A stretch of 64,000 bases of DNA from the human T2T-CHM13v2.0 reference genome, Homo sapiens, in assembly GCF_009914755.1 (NCBI RefSeq), contig NC_060925.1; one strand, written 5' to 3'. The position numbers were made by a program, and so were the translations under genes. Below are positions 42,684 to 56,430 of this stretch, piece by piece; position 1 is the first letter of the stretch, and each line of letters opens with the position of its first letter. The notes beneath the pieces are model-generated. The model was given only the letters and a program-made list of their open reading frames with translations, was not told the origin of the DNA and made no database searches.

Positions 42684-44825
42684 GTGACAAATAGGATGCA
42701 AATCAATGTTTACAGTTGCTGTGGTATCAATACAGAGATACCTTATTTCTGTCTCAGATTGCTGGCACAAAGGTCCTAAAAGTCTTGTAATTCCCTGAGT
42801 GATTAGGGATAGGAGCTTCTTCTGTTTAAATGAGGTAAATCTTTTTTTTAAAATTTCATTTTTAGTGTTTGTGGGTACATAGTAGGTGTATATATTTATG
42901 GGGTTCATGTGATATTTTGATATTGGCATGCAATGTGAAATAAGCACTTCATGAAGAATGGAGCATCTATCCCTCAAGCACTTATCCATTGAGTTGCAAA
43001 CAATCTAATTATACTCTTTATTATATATTGTACAGATAAGTCATTATTAACTATAGTCAACCTGTTGTGCTATCAAATACTATGTCTTATTCATTTTTTC
43101 CAACTTTTTTTTGTACTTATCAACCATCCCCACCTCCCCCCATCAGCCCTCCACTACCCTTCTCAACCTCTAGTAATCATCCTTCTACTCCCTAGGTTCA
43201 TGAGTTCAATAGTTTTAATTTTTAGATCCCACAAATAAGTGAGAACATGAAATGTTTGTCTTTCCGTGCCTGGCTTATTTCAACTACATAATGATCTCCA
43301 GTTCCATTCAGGTTGTTGCAAATGAGAGGATCTCATTTTTTTTATGGCTGAATAGTCAGTCCTCCATATATGTATCACATTTTCTTTATCCATTCATCTG
43401 TTGATGGATACTTAGGTTGCTTCCAAATATTGGCTATTGTGAGCAGTGCTGCAACAAACATGGAGTGCAGATACCTCTTTGATGTACTGATTTCTTTTAT
43501 TTTGGGTATATACCCAGCAGTGGTATTGCTGGATCAATGATAGCTCAATTTTTAGTTTTTTGAGGAAACTAAACTTTTTCCCACAGTGGTTTTACTAGTT
43601 TCCATTCCCATCAAAGTGTACAAGGGTTCCCTTTTCTCCAAGTCCTCGCCAGCATTTGTTATTGCCTGTCTTTTGGGTAAAAGCCTTTTTAACTGGGGTT
43701 AGATGATATCTCATTGTAGTTTTGATTTGCATTTATCTGATGATCAATGACGTTGAGCACCTTTTCACATGCCTGTTTCCATTTGTATTTCTTCTTTTGA
43801 GAAATGTCTATTCAAATCTTTTGCCCATTTTTCGATCAGATTTTTAGAGCTTTTTTAGAGAGTTGTTTTAGCTCCTTATGTATTCTGGTTATTAATCTCT
43901 TGTCAGAGGGGTAGTTTGCAAATATTTTCTAAAATTCTGTGGGTTGTTTCTTCACTTTGTTGATTGTATTGTTTGCTATGCAGAAGCTTTTTAACTTGAT
44001 GTGATCCCAGTTGTCCAGTTTTGCTTTGGTTGCCTGTGCTTGTAGGGTATTGTACAATGAATTTTTGCCCAGACCCATGTCCTACAGACTTTCTCCAATG
44101 TTTTCTTGCAGTAGTTTAATGGTTTGAGGTCTTGTATTTAATTCTTTAATCCATTTTGATTTTATTTTTGTATGTGGTGAGAGATAGGGGTCTAGTTTTA
44201 TTCTTCTGCATATGGATATTTAGTTTTCCCAGCATCATTTATTGAAGGGACTGTTTTACCCCAACGTATGTTCTTAGCACCTTTGTTGAAAATGAGTTCA
44301 CTGTAGGTGTGTGGATTTGTTTCTGGGTTCTCTATTCTGTTCCATTGTTCTACGTACCTGTTTTTATGCCAGTAGCATGCTGTTTTTGATCACTACAGCT
44401 TTGTAGTATAATTCGAAGTCAGGTAATGTGATTCCAAATGAGGTAAATCTTGGTAGTCCTCTAGTTAGTTTCAGGATGGGGGCTGGGAACCAAAAAGACT
44501 AATGTTTGATTAGAAACGTGGAACTTTCTTCCCCAATTCCCAACCTCCAGGGAAGTGAGATGGGGTGGCGATTGAGTTAATCACCATGATCCAATAACTC
44601 AATTGATCATCTCTATCTAATGAAACCTCAATTAAAAAAAAAAAACCCAAATGATGGGTTTGGAGAGCCTCCAGGTTGATAAACACATTTACCTGCCTGG
44701 AAGATTGTGAGCCTCCACAATCTTCATAGTCTATAATCTCCCACACTTGGGACCCTTCCAGACCTGGACATGTGTATCTTTTCATTGGCTATTCATTTCT
44801 ATCCTTTATAATAAACTGGTAAGTG
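42684..44825 (+). mobile_element. MER21-like LTR interrupted by L1MA; 3' end apparently missing
   Basis: caggatgggggctgg..gattgagttaatcacc..gagagcctccaggttg..gggacccttccagacc..aataaactggtaa. Confidence 0.7.
42844..44435 (-). mobile_element. 5'-truncated L1MA (about L1MA1-3)
   Basis: tttgtgggtacatagtaggtgtatatatttatgggg 3' end; 16-bp TSD aaatgaggtaaatctt (42828-42843, 44436-44451). Confidence 0.92.
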
Positions 44826-47090
44826 TAAAATCAGTTGTCCTATCATGTATGTGTGGGTTTATTTTTGTACTTATTATTCTGTTTCATTGATCTACTTTTC
44901 TAACTTTATCCCAGTGAAATGCTGCCTTAATTATTATAGTTTTGTAATATGTCTTGAAATCAGATAACAATAGCCTCCACCTTTGTTCGTTTTCCAAATT
45001 TGTGTTGTCTATCCTAGGTCCTTTGTATTTCCAAATGAATTTTTGAATCAGTTTGTCATATTCCAAAACAATCAAACAAACAAACGAACAAACTTGCTGG
45101 AATTTTAATTGGGATCTTTCTTAATAATTTCTAATTTCATTCCATTGTAGTAACATAACATACTCTGTATGAATTGAATCCACTTAAGTTTAAAATTGGT
45201 TTTATGTCCCAGAATATGGTGTATCTTGGTAAATATTCTGGGTATGCTTGAAAAGAATGCACATTCTGCTATTATTGAAGGATCTTTGATCAATCTATGT
45301 CAAGTCAGTTGATAGTGATGTTCAAATCTATAATAACCTTGCAGATTTTCCTATGTAATTATCAAATATATTAACTATATTTAGGATTATAGTTATTAAC
45401 TCAATTATTTACTATAATTGAGGATTTGCCTATTTATCCTTGCAGTTCTATCAGTTTGCCTCCCATATTTTGAAAGTCTCTATTAGGTATATAACTTATT
45501 ATGTCCCCTTAATTAATTGGCCTCTATACCATTTTATTAATCTGTGTCCATGTTGATATTCTTTATTCTGAAGTCTACTTTGATATTAACATAGCCACTA
45601 CTGCTTCCTTTTGACTAGTGTTTGGATGATATATCTTTGTCATCCTTTTACACTTAACCTATTTGTGTCTTTATATTTAAAGTGTGTTCTTTTAGACCAC
45701 ATGCTGCTCTATAGAACGAGCTGAAAAATGTTCCATTTTTTTCTATTTATTGGAAGAGTTTGTAAAAAATTGATATTAATTCTTTCTTGATGTTTGATAA
45801 AATTTACCAGTGAAGCTATCTTAGCCTGAGATTTTCTTTGTGGGTTGTGTTTTTATTATGAATTCATTCTCTTTATTTGTTACAGGTCTGCTCAGGCTTT
45901 CTGTTTATTCTTGAGTGCATTTCATTAATTTGTGTCTAGGAAGTTGTCCATGTCATGTAGCTATCTAATTTGTTAGTATAAATTTGTTTATGGTATTCCC
46001 TTATAACCTATTTTATTTCTATAAATTCAGTGGTAATATCTTCTCACTTATTCCTTATTTTACTAAAGTCAGTCTTCTTTTTTATTGATCAGCCTAAAGA
46101 CTTATAATTTTGTTGATCTTTTCAAAGAACTACTTTTTGTTTCCTAATTTTTTATTTTTCCTTTCTCTATTTCATTATATTTCTGTTTTAATCATATGAC
46201 TTCCTTCCTTTTGTTTGTTTTACATTTAATTTGCTCTTATTTATCCTGTATCTTCATTGGACCTTTGGGTTATTGATTTGAGATATTTCTTATTTTTTAA
46301 CATAAGTATTTATAGGTATAAATCCTCCTCTAAACACTGCCTTAGTTGCATCCTATAAGTTTTGGTCAGTTGTGTCTTCATTTTCATTCATCTCAAAGTA
46401 TTTTTATAATGTTCCTTATGATTTCTTCTTTTAATCCATTGGTTATTTAGGATAATTTAATTGCCACATATTTGTGAATTTCCCAAGTTCTTTCTGCTAT
46501 TGATTTCTACTTTTATTCCATTGTGCTTAAATAAACACTTTGTATGACTTCCATCCTTTTAAATTTATTGAGACTTGTTTTCAGGTTTAACATATGATTT
46601 ATCCTAGAGAGTGTTTCATATACCCTTAAGAAAACTGTATATTCTACTATTATATGTGGAATATTTTATATACATCTTTTTTGTCTAGTGAGTTTCAGTG
46701 TTATTCAAGTCTTCTGTTTTATATAGACCTTCCGTCTAGTTGTTCTATCCATTTTTAAAAGTGTGATGTTGAAGTCTCAAATTATTATTGTTGAATTATG
46801 TATATCTCCTTCCAATTCTGTCAATATTTTGTTTTATCTATTTTGGGACAAGCAACAGACTCTTACCTCCATCTTCTGATCTCAGGGAGCTTTCTGAGCT
46901 TTGCCTGTGGTATCCTTCATCTAGCATGGCCTCGAAATTCACTCAAGACGGTAATATGAAACAATGATAGGGCTCACCTAATTTGTTTCCTGTCTCAACC
47001 ATTGTTTCATATATTTTGTCCAGTTTTCTTTGGTTATTTCAGCTGGAGGAATAAATCTTGCCTCTGTCATTCTAAGAAACAGAAGCTAGT
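44826..47090 (-). mobile_element. Old L1M fragments (ORF2 pieces from at least two copies plus a 5' end)
   Basis: ORF remnants DKLIQKFIWKYKGPRI..LSDFKTYYK and FFSSIPRIFTKIHHILGHK; the endonuclease region occurs twice (~45125, ~46500). Confidence 0.75.
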
Positions 47091-47131
47091 TATGTTTTAA
47101 GTCAAATTATTGCAAGATAATATCTCAAAAC

Positions 47132-47370
47132 AAATTAACAAACTTTTTTAAAAAGGTCTGGATAGCAGATACTATTCATATACTATTACTATAATGTTAC
47201 TATTTTAGGCATTGCCAGCCCTTTAGTCTCTGTCATATATACAGTACTTAACTCTGCCATTGTAGCACAAAAGTAGCCATAGACAATACATAAGTGAGTG
47301 TGGCTAGTCCCAATAAAATTGTATTTACAAAAACAAGAGGTGGTGTCCTGGATGTAATTTGCCAACCTAA
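47132..47370 (+). mobile_element. MER58A (hAT-Charlie)
   Basis: ctctgccattgtagcacaaaagtagccatagacaatac..ccaataaaattgtatttacaaaaaca. Confidence 0.8.
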
Positions 47371-48181
47371 CTTAAAATATTAATTTTTGTTATGTGTCTT
47401 TTACAGACTTCCTTTTCTGTGACCCTTCCTTCTGTTAGTCAGATATTGCCTAAAAGAGAATTAAAATTGTTATAAATGGATGCAAAGGAAAAAGAAACTG
47501 ACAAATTTTTAAACTGCCAAAATGGGCTCTTGAAGATTAAAACAGAAGTTTCAAGGAATGAAAAACAACCAATTTATGCCATAACACCAGAAGTAGAATT
47601 TAAGAAGAGCCAGACAACTTCATACATACTCTTTTCATCCTCCCCTCCCCCTCCCTATTCTCGTCTTTAGTCTTTACAGAAATCGATAAAAATCACTGGA
47701 GGTGACGAGATTAGGAAAAGAGAAATGTGGTGTTGCCTTGGTCAGGGAGCCAGACATGACAAAAGATGACAAAAATAAAACACAAGGAGAGGATGGGGTA
47801 AGTATTAGGAGGCTCTGACTATAGCCAAGGACCAGTGCCAAGAAGATTCACAACATCTGGGTCGGTATCTACAAATCCTGAGTCATTATTTATGTGAGCT
47901 CTATTACCCATTCTTTTCATTTCTGTAGGTTAAGGGACTTGCTTTGACAGTCTCTGATATATTACCTGTTATATTATTATTCAACAGGACATTTGCCCAT
48001 TCCCAGCTGAGCCCCATTCAGTCTAGTAACTAGTGAAGATGGATACTCCCATCTTTAAGAGACAAACACTTTTAAATTAAATTTTCACTTCCCTCCCCTG
48101 CCCCTCCCCAAAACAGACAGTGGGATGCTTGTCACTTGGAAAGGGATGAGGATATGAAAAGAAAAGTCCCAATAGGTGTTT

Positions 48182-48214
48182 TGGGAGAGAATTAAAACTG
48201 GGAGAGAATTAAAA
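48182..48214. repeat. 17-bp-period tandem duplication
   Basis: tgggagagaattaaaa twice. Confidence 0.85.
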
Positions 48215-48599
48215 GAGGAGATAAGCCTCATCTTTATTATGTCCAACTATCCTAAATATATCCTCCAAATTTAGTGAAAATACCTACCTTTTTTGAGTGA
48301 AGCATTAACTGAGAATTATATCTCATAGATTGGACAGCATTTCAAGTTGGAATAAAAAAATACTCTCAACCAGTTTTGTGATCCATAGTTACTGATTTAG
48401 GGATTCTGTTCTTTTAATCCTTAAATGTATTTTATTTTCTGGTTGTTTAAAAATCTTTTCTGTTTGTCCAACTCTAATTCTACTAGTTAGCGTTTACAAC
48501 CATACAATTGATTATTATTGTTTAGGCAGCTTACAAAAATTTAAAGGTGTACATAAATCACCTGTAATGGCATCTAATAATAGTACTCTTAGAAGAATA

Positions 48600-48770
48600 A
48601 CGAGATCATGAGAGCTTCAAAGGACATTGGAAATCATAATTTCATCTTCATCATCCTACAGATGAGGAGACTGAGGCCGTGATAAGTGAAGTTGCATATC
48701 CAACATCACAAAAGTGGAACAAAGACTAAGACTAAAGGTTTTTTGACACTAGTCCATGCTCTTTTAATGA
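48600..48770 (-). mobile_element. MIR (MIR3/MIRc-like)
   Basis: tacagatgaggagactgaggcc. Confidence 0.7.
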
Positions 48771-49559
48771 TTCTGTGCCAACAGATACATCATTTAGTTC
48801 AAAAATTGCCTGTGGAGCTTGAAATACATCTTAATAATTATTTGAGATTTCTTACACAAGAGAAGCCCTATTTCAGCACAAAATAATTTTGCAAAATAAA
48901 TGTAATCTATGAGAAAATGAAAATCTGACCAACTATGATATTTCACTAGCCCATTCATACGTCACCAAAGACAGTACAACTAACTAATGAGAACATTCAT
49001 CAGTAGTGTTAAGTATCAATTCCAAAGCACTGTGTACTAACTCTTGCAACAACAGCCCTTGGTATTATTAATCTGTTTCTGGTTTCTATTCTTTCTCACC
49101 AACACACTTTCTCTTCACAGTCAGGCCCCTTGGAGTTGATTCGAAAATACTGAGCTTAACCTGGCCTTAGTAAAGAGAGATTTATTGTAAAGAATTGAGG
49201 ATATTTCCCAGAACTTCACGGCAAATAATTCAGCAAATGCTTTATTACGAACTCTTGGGAACCCATGGTTTCTCATCTCTTCCACTTATCACATCTGCCC
49301 CCACTTTTCTCATCTGCATTTTTTTAAGTAGGTGGATTAGGTCAGAGCACAGTCAACAATACACAAAAGACCAAAAAGTGCTGCTGAGAAACAGCCCCAG
49401 TCTCCAAGTCCACATTGCCTTACAGGTAAATTACCTCTTCTAAAAACTGTGTGACAGCATAAAGGAAGTTACTGAAATTTCTAATGTAACTGAGTATAGA
49501 AATAATGCTTACCACAGAAATTCTTTACATAGATATAAGGCTGTAGAATTTTCAAAATG

Positions 49560-49740
49560 CCTCCACATTCTCTTCTTTTCACCTCACCTTAATCCAATGG
49601 AGGAGGTGACCAGGTGTCATTCATTCCATTTTGCAGCTGGAGAAACAAACTCAGAGACTTTAAATGATTCATCCAAGCAATCAAATCAGATCTTGAATCC
49701 AGGTTTCCTGGCTTCTAGTTCATTTGCCCTTTCAATAACC
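49560..49740 (-). mobile_element. MIR
   Basis: ccattttgcagctggagaaacaaactcagagac..cttgaatccaggtttcctggcttc. Confidence 0.65.
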
Positions 49741-51293
49741 ATATCCATGGCCGCTGGCCTGTGAAAGACAGAAGTCCTGGTGATGTGGAGGTGAAGACGG
49801 CCAAGATAGGTGAACTCAATAGTAACCTATTTTAAAACTTGGTTCAGAATCCTACCAGTCTACAAACTGATTATTATTCTTGAATCTCAACTGTACCCAT
49901 CTTCCATCTTTCCTGCTCTTTCTTGTGGACACACCAAATTATTTTAATCTGTGTTTTCTAATTTTACTTAACTTTTAACTTCCTATGGTCTGATTCCTTT
50001 TCTGATTGTGAACCAGGAGTGACCTGAAAAACTGACAGAAATTAACATGAATGGTGATAACAATGATAATAACAACCTAAGGCCAGGCTTCTATAGCATT
50101 AGTTTCTTTTGGAACTGAGGAACAGCATAAAAAAATTTAAAGGAAAATGTTAAATATCTGCCACTAGATGAAAGAATTTCTTATTTAGTGATTGATATGA
50201 GCCTGAGGAACTAACTCCATGTGTTGAAGCAGAGCAGAAAACTTGAGTACAAAGGTATTCTGCAAACAAAGAACAGTATTTCCATATGTATAAGTTTGGG
50301 TCTGGCTGAAGTGAGCTCTGGGGCACCTTCTCTAACACAGACATGCGAATCTGGGATTTGTATCTAAAACATTCTTCATGGTTAGATCATTGTTTATATA
50401 AATGTAAGGTGGTAGTTTCTGGTAGGATATCCTGAGTGAGAATTTGCTAGTGAAGAAAACCTGAGGACAGATTTTAAATGTTTCCAAGGAACATATAAAC
50501 ACAGTGTTAACACAGCATCAGCCTATGTCAAGTAAAGCAGATAACATCTTGACATAAGGTTTCTCCCACCAAGAAGTTTGCCTTCGTGAACACCAGGAAT
50601 CAAATCTCGAAGAAATGAATGTAACTTATAAACTTAAAACAGAAATCATGTGGCTCATAGGCCTATCCTCAAAGAAAACTGACTGGAGAATTTTAATTCA
50701 AATTGATGCTAAAACTGAACCTGCTCACTAAAATGTTCATTTTACACATCTTTAATTGACTAACATAAGAAGGATATGTTTTGTGTTTTTAATAAAATGA
50801 CTACTACCTTGAATATCAATTATTACACTAATAATTAACCAAAAAAATCCAAAGTAATGACTCCTCCTATCCCAGGAATAAACACTGTTACAGCAACTGC
50901 TTGCCTTCCTTTCATTCAAAACTTCCTCTTTAACTGAGTACACACAACTCTCTCCTTCCTGGTCACCATCACATTTCTGTTCTTCCATGTTCACCTCTCC
51001 CTAGGCTGACATTCTGGACTGGAAGAATGATAGGAAACAATGAAAGAAACCACCAAACCAAGACTGATGGATAACTTAAAAGAGAATCAAGTAAAAATGC
51101 TCACTGACAGAAACCCAGTCACAGAAACTTGAAACCTCAAGGTTTAAATTTGGAATGAAACTACAAAAAGCAAGCAGCAAATCCTATGGAAGAAAGATGC
51201 AAATTAGGCAGATGAGTGGCAATGAAAATGCATGCCTCTTCCCCTTATTTCCCATAAGGATTTATTTCATTCCTCCTACATCTTTACATTCTC

Positions 51294-51527
51294 TCTTGGC
51301 TTACTACAGCCTCGATATCCTGGCCTCAAGCGATCCTCCCACCTCAGCCTCCCAAGTAGCTGGGACTACAGGCGCAGGCCACTATGCTTGGCTAATTTTT
51401 GTATTTTTTGTAGAGATGGGGCTTTTCCATGTTGCCCAGGCTGGTCTCAAACTCCTGAACTCAAGCAATCCACCTGCATCAGCCTCCCAAAGTTTTGGGA
51501 TTACAGGTGTGAGCCATGGCACCAGGC
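51294..51527 (-). mobile_element. AluJ lacking its 3' end and A tail
   Basis: ctcaagcgatcctcccacctcagcc and ttgcccaggctggtctcaaactcctgaactcaagc J-type motifs. Confidence 0.9.
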
Positions 51528-52675
51528 TGGACTTTTCTGTTTTACTCCTTTTTTAATGGCTGCTTTTCTAATCCTCAACTCTTCCATTTTTTTCCTAACT
51601 TCTCATCAACGCGTTTTCCTTTTTCTTTGGTCTGCATTTAAGTTTAAAATATGAGGGGCTTTTATTGTAATTCACGTATAGTTGAAAATCCATTCGACTG
51701 CGAGGCAGTACTTCAGCTCAGGGGAGCTGGGATTCTGTAGCAAGCCCAGTCAGTGTCAGATCTCTGCACCAGGGGCAGGCTAAGCCTGTCTTTCACTATG
51801 TCTGGCCTGTGTGGCCAGTTAAGGGTGGATGGAGTCTTAAAGCCTCTTTCTTCTGGGTTTTGTTGATACTCAAAACCAACTAAAAATCCCCTGCTACTAC
51901 ATAAGGTACAGTTAAATCTGGAAAAAAAATGGAAATAATTATGGTTTTGTGGCGTCACTTTAAAAATACAAGCATCTTTTCTATTATTTTTCTTTTCTTG
52001 CAAATAACACAGAAGTAATATGACTTCCCAGGGATTAACTTGCTCATCTGACCAAATTTGGCTCAACATCTTGACAATGTCTGGTTAAAAGATGTGACTA
52101 CCACAATCATAGCTTCTTATCCCCTACACCATGTTTTACTCATTACCTGGCAAAGGTACAAGCCAACATTCTCGTAAACCTTCTGATTTCCCGTTCATAA
52201 TTTGAGGAAGTAAACCATGGCCGAGAAACCACATGAAACTCCATTAAATGAATCTAAATAAATGATAACTCTCCAAATGAATCAGCGTTTACCCAAAATC
52301 CATGCACTGCAGAGAGACAGGAATGGTCAATAAATACCAGACTCTCAATAACCACAATGCACAGACTTGATCTCAGGGTCAACTCCATCTCAGCTGAATG
52401 TAAAGCGAAAGGAATATGTACAATCCTGGTCACAGCTAGAAATGTGCTGGTTAAACAACAGACCTCATGTGTCTTTGTAACAACTGGCACACAAGGCAGA
52501 ATAAATTAGGAAAACTGAGTCAGGCCATTAAAATGGATGCTTAAACAGGAAAAGAAAAAGATTTTAAGGACTAAGGATCGCTTTGAAAGATTGCACAGAA
52601 GGTAACTTTTAAATTACACAAGATTTTTTATGATCATAACGAGGTCATTTTCTTGGCAAGGCTGTGCCTGAATGG

Positions 52676-52984
52676 TTTTGTTTGTTTGTTTGTTTGTTTG
52701 TTTTGAGACAGAGTTTTGCTCTGTCACCCAGGCTGGAGTGCAGTGACACGATCTCAACTCACCACAACCTTCGCTTCCTGGGTTCAAGTGATTCTCCTGC
52801 CTCAGCCTCCTGAGTAGCTGGGACTACAGGCACACGCAACCACACCTGTCTAATTTTTGTATGTTTAGTAGAGACAGGGTTTCACCATATTGGCCAGACT
52901 GGTCTCAAACTCCTGACCTCATAATCCAACCGCTTCGGACTCCCAAAGTGTTGGGATTACAGGCGTGAGCCACCTCACCCAGCC
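52676..52984 (-). mobile_element. AluS (Sg/Sc-like), full length
   Basis: (TTTG)n tail; degenerate TSD around cctgaatg (52667, 52988). Confidence 0.95.
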
Positions 52985-53004
52985 CCACCTGAATGTCTTT
53001 TATC

Positions 53005-53700
53005 CCTTAAACAAATGTTTGTGGAATTCTTATTTTGTTTCAGGGAATGTGCTAGGTACTGGGGATATAGCAAACAAGAAGAATATACTTCTTATCCTTA
53101 TAGGCCAAGTCCAGGTCATTGCTTGTTTTTTGTAAATAAAGTTTCATTGAAACACAATCATTTGGTTATGTATTTTATCTCCAGCTGCTTTCATGCTATA
53201 ATGACAGAGCTGAGTAGTTGTGACAGAGATTGTATGACCTGCAAAGCCTAAAATGTTTACTGTCTGGCCCATTAGAAAGAAGGTTTGTTAACCTCTGTTC
53301 TAGAGGGGAAAATGAACATGTATATGGAAAATTATAAAACTGTTTAATAAGAGCTAAGATGTGGGAATTGTGCAGTGTTATGGGTTGACAGAGAAGAGTA
53401 CCTAGTCCTAATTTGAAAGATCAAGGAAGATTTACATTTAAGCTGAGACCTAAACATTAACAAGTAGGTAACCAGTTGTTGGGTACAGAAAGTATCACAT
53501 GCAAAGACCTAGGGGCATTCACGGAACTGGAAGTATAGGATGTCACTTGACTAGAATAAGGCAAGTGAGGACAGTAGAGAAGAGAGATGATGGCAGAGGG
53601 AAAATCAGGACCCAGATCACAAATATTCCTCAATACTATCCTAATAAGCTTTGAAATTATTCTGCGAGTTTAAGGTGTAGGGTGAAATAATCAAGCTGTA
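53005..53700 (-). mobile_element. L2 3' end interrupted by MER58A
   Basis: tgtgctaggtactggggatatagca..aagctgagacctaaa..catgcaaagacctag. Confidence 0.65.
53103..53297 (-). mobile_element. MER58A
   Basis: ttttgtaaataaagtttcattgaaacaca..gagtagttgtgacagaga..gcaaagcctaaaatgtttactgtctggccc. Confidence 0.85.
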
Positions 53701-53986
53701 TGAATCTATAATTTGGTGTTTATATAGGACTTATAAAAAGGCTCATTTCTGACACAGTCACCAGGAAAACAAAAGCAATGAACTTTGAAATTGAGATTCA
53801 TCAGGAAATGCTAATATTCAAATTAATCCATCCCCCCAAACTTTATCAACCCATGGCTGTGGGAATTAAGTGGCTGGGACAGCATGATAAGACAATTTCC
53901 TAGAACTCTTAAGCCAAAGCATCAGTTCCAGTTTGTGCTCCCAGCACAATCAAAGCACACCTGAAAAGATAGTCAGTGATGGATGC

Positions 53987-54460
53987 TATATTAGTCCATT
54001 CTCACATTGCTATAGGGAACTACCTCTTTTATGAAGAAAAGAGGTTTAATTGACTCACAATTCCACAGGCTGTGCAGTAAGCATGGCTGGGGGCCTCAGG
54101 AAACTTACAATCATGGCTGAAGTTGAAGGAGAAACAGGCACATCTTCACATGGGTGGGAGGACACTTTCAAACAACCAGATCTCATGAGAATGGTATCAC
54201 AAGACAGCACTAGGGGCATGGTGCTAAACCATAAGAAACCACCTACCTGATCCAATTACCTCCCATCAGGCCCCAACGCCAACACTGGGGATCACAATTC
54301 AACATGAGACCTGGGTGGGGATACAAAGCCAAACAATATCATTCTGCTCCTGGCCCCTTCTAAATCTCATGTCCTTCTCACATTTCAAAACACAATAATG
54401 CCTTCCCAACAGTCTCCCAAAGTCTTAACTTATTCCAGCATTAACTCAAAAGTCCAAAGC
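53987..54460 (-). mobile_element. MSTA 3' LTR (53987-54341) plus the start of the internal region with PPT (54342-54460)
   Basis: LTR t(a)tattagtcc..aatatca followed by ttctgctcctggcccc (reverse complement of the PPT) and MST-int sequence. Confidence 0.9.
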
Positions 54461-54549
54461 ATAAAGTCAAGGGACAGGGTTGAGGTCATAGCAAAAGTGT
54501 GGATACAGGAAGGGATACAAAATTGAGGTCAATAATTGAATTTATTACA
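54461..54549 (-). mobile_element. MLT1(I-like) LTR terminus fragment
   Basis: gtcatagcaaaagtgtggatacaggaaggg..aattgaggtc..ttaca. Confidence 0.45.
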
Positions 54550-55455
54550 GTAGATTAAGTAATAGACCATGTGATTATGTAGGGAAGGGGGTCAGGGAGA
54601 AAGAATCCCAGGAAGAGTAAATAGCCAGTGCAAAAATCCTAAGGCAGGAGGATCCCTGATATATTTGAGAAACAACAAGGAGTTTCGTAGGTCTAGAATG
54701 CAGTAAGTGAGGAGGAGTGTAGTAGGAGGTGAGACTGAAGAAGTAATGGCGGCCAGATGTGGGGAGAGAATAGCCATTTGAGTGAATGAAAAATCAATAC
54801 AGGGTTTTGTTCAAAGGGCTAGCACAGTTTGACTTATACTTTAAATGAATCGCTCTAACCCATGTGTTGAGAATAAACTTGATGAAACAACGGTGGAATC
54901 AGGGAGAACAGTTAGAAAGCTATCTCAGTAGTTCAGGTTGAAGATAGTGGTACTCAGTGGCAGCAATGGAGATGATGAGAAAAGGTTAAATTTGTATATA
55001 TTCTGATGTCAGAACCAAGAGGATTTCCTGACAAATTGGATGAGGTGTGTGAGAAAAAGAGAAGAGTCAATGATGACTTCAACATGTTTGGCCTGAATAG
55101 CAGAAATGATGGAGTTGCCTTCAAATAAGATGAAAAAAACTGCATGTGAAATAGTGTGAGATGCACCTTGGTGAGGAACATATTGAGTTTGTGATGTTTA
55201 CTAGAAATCCAAGTGGAGATGTCAAATAGGAAAGAAGATACTAAAGTTAAGGAGAAAAGCCTGAGTTAAAGGTATATATTTGGGAATCATTGGTTTGTGA
55301 ATGGCATTGAAAGCAAAAATACTGGTTATGTTCACGAAGGGAGTTAGTGTAGATAGGGTAGGTTTAAAGACTGAGTGTTGGGGAGGTCCAACATTAAGAG
55401 ATCCGGAAGAGGAGGAACAGAAAATAAGACTAAAATGGAACAGCCAATGAGTATA
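54550..55455 (-). mobile_element. L2a segment lying inside the MSTA element
   Basis: gccagtgcaaaaatcctaaggcagga..tttggcctgaatagc..atccaagtggagatgtcaaatagg. Confidence 0.88.
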
Positions 55456-55579
55456 AAGAAAGGCATAAGCAAGTATATAGACATTGTACTACAATGGAAG
55501 AAGTCAAATCTAAACTGTCCCAGTTGCCTCAGTTTTCAGGTAGGGCAGGATGGCTTTTTCTTCAGCACCTGATATGGTT

Positions 55580-56430
55580 TTGCCTCTGTGGCTCTGCAAG
55601 GAACAGCCCCACATAGCACAATGCCCCTGTGGCTCTGTAGGGTAAAGTGCTCACAGCTGCTTTCATGAGCTGGTGTTGAATGCTTGCAGTTTTTCAGGTG
55701 CACAGTGCAAGCTATCAGTGGATTTATTATGCTGGCACTGGGAGGATGGTGGCCCTCTTCTCTAAGCTCCACTAGGTAGTGCCCCAGTGGGGACTTTGTG
55801 TGGGTGCTCCAACCCCACATTTCCCTTCTCACTGCCCTAGTAGAGGTTCTGCATAAGGGCTCCACCCCTGCAGCAGACTACTGCCAGAACATCCAAGCAT
55901 TTCCATACATCCTTTGAAATCTGAACAAAGGCTCCCATGCCTCAACTCTTGCCCTCTGTGCACTCGCAAGCTTAACACCACATGTAAGACTTGGCAGCTT
56001 CTGGGTTGCATCCTCTGAGGCAGTGGCCTGAGCTGTAACCTGGCCCCTTTTAGCCATGGCTGGAGCTACAGTGGCTGGGATGCAGGGTGCTATGTGCCAA
56101 GGCTTCACAAAGCAGTGGGGCCCTGGGCCTGGCCCACAAAACCATTTTTCCCTACTAGGCTTCCAGGCCTATGATGGGAGGGGCTGCCACAAAGGTCTCT
56201 GAAATGCCTTGGAGGCATTTTCCCCATTGACTTGGCTATTAACATTCAGCTCCTCTTTACTTATGCAAATTTCTGTATCCAACTTGAATTCCTCCCCAGA
56301 AAAATGGGTTTTCCTTTTCTACCACATGGTCAGGCTAAATATTTTCCAAACTTTTATGCTCTGCTTCCTTTTTAAATATAAGTTCCAGCTTAAGATAATC
56401 TCTTTGCACACACATATGAGTATACACTTT
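55580..56430 (-). mobile_element. MSTA internal region
   Basis: ggaggatggtggccctcttctc..gctccacccctgcagcagac..ggtctctgaaatgcc typical of MST/THE1-int. Confidence 0.9.

Noticed and set aside
47476-47670. 64-aa ATG ORF with protein-like composition
   Set aside because: No recognisable homology, coherent splice context or retrocopy hallmarks
51155-51654. 133- and 140-aa ORFs
   Set aside because: Largely translations of the antisense Alu
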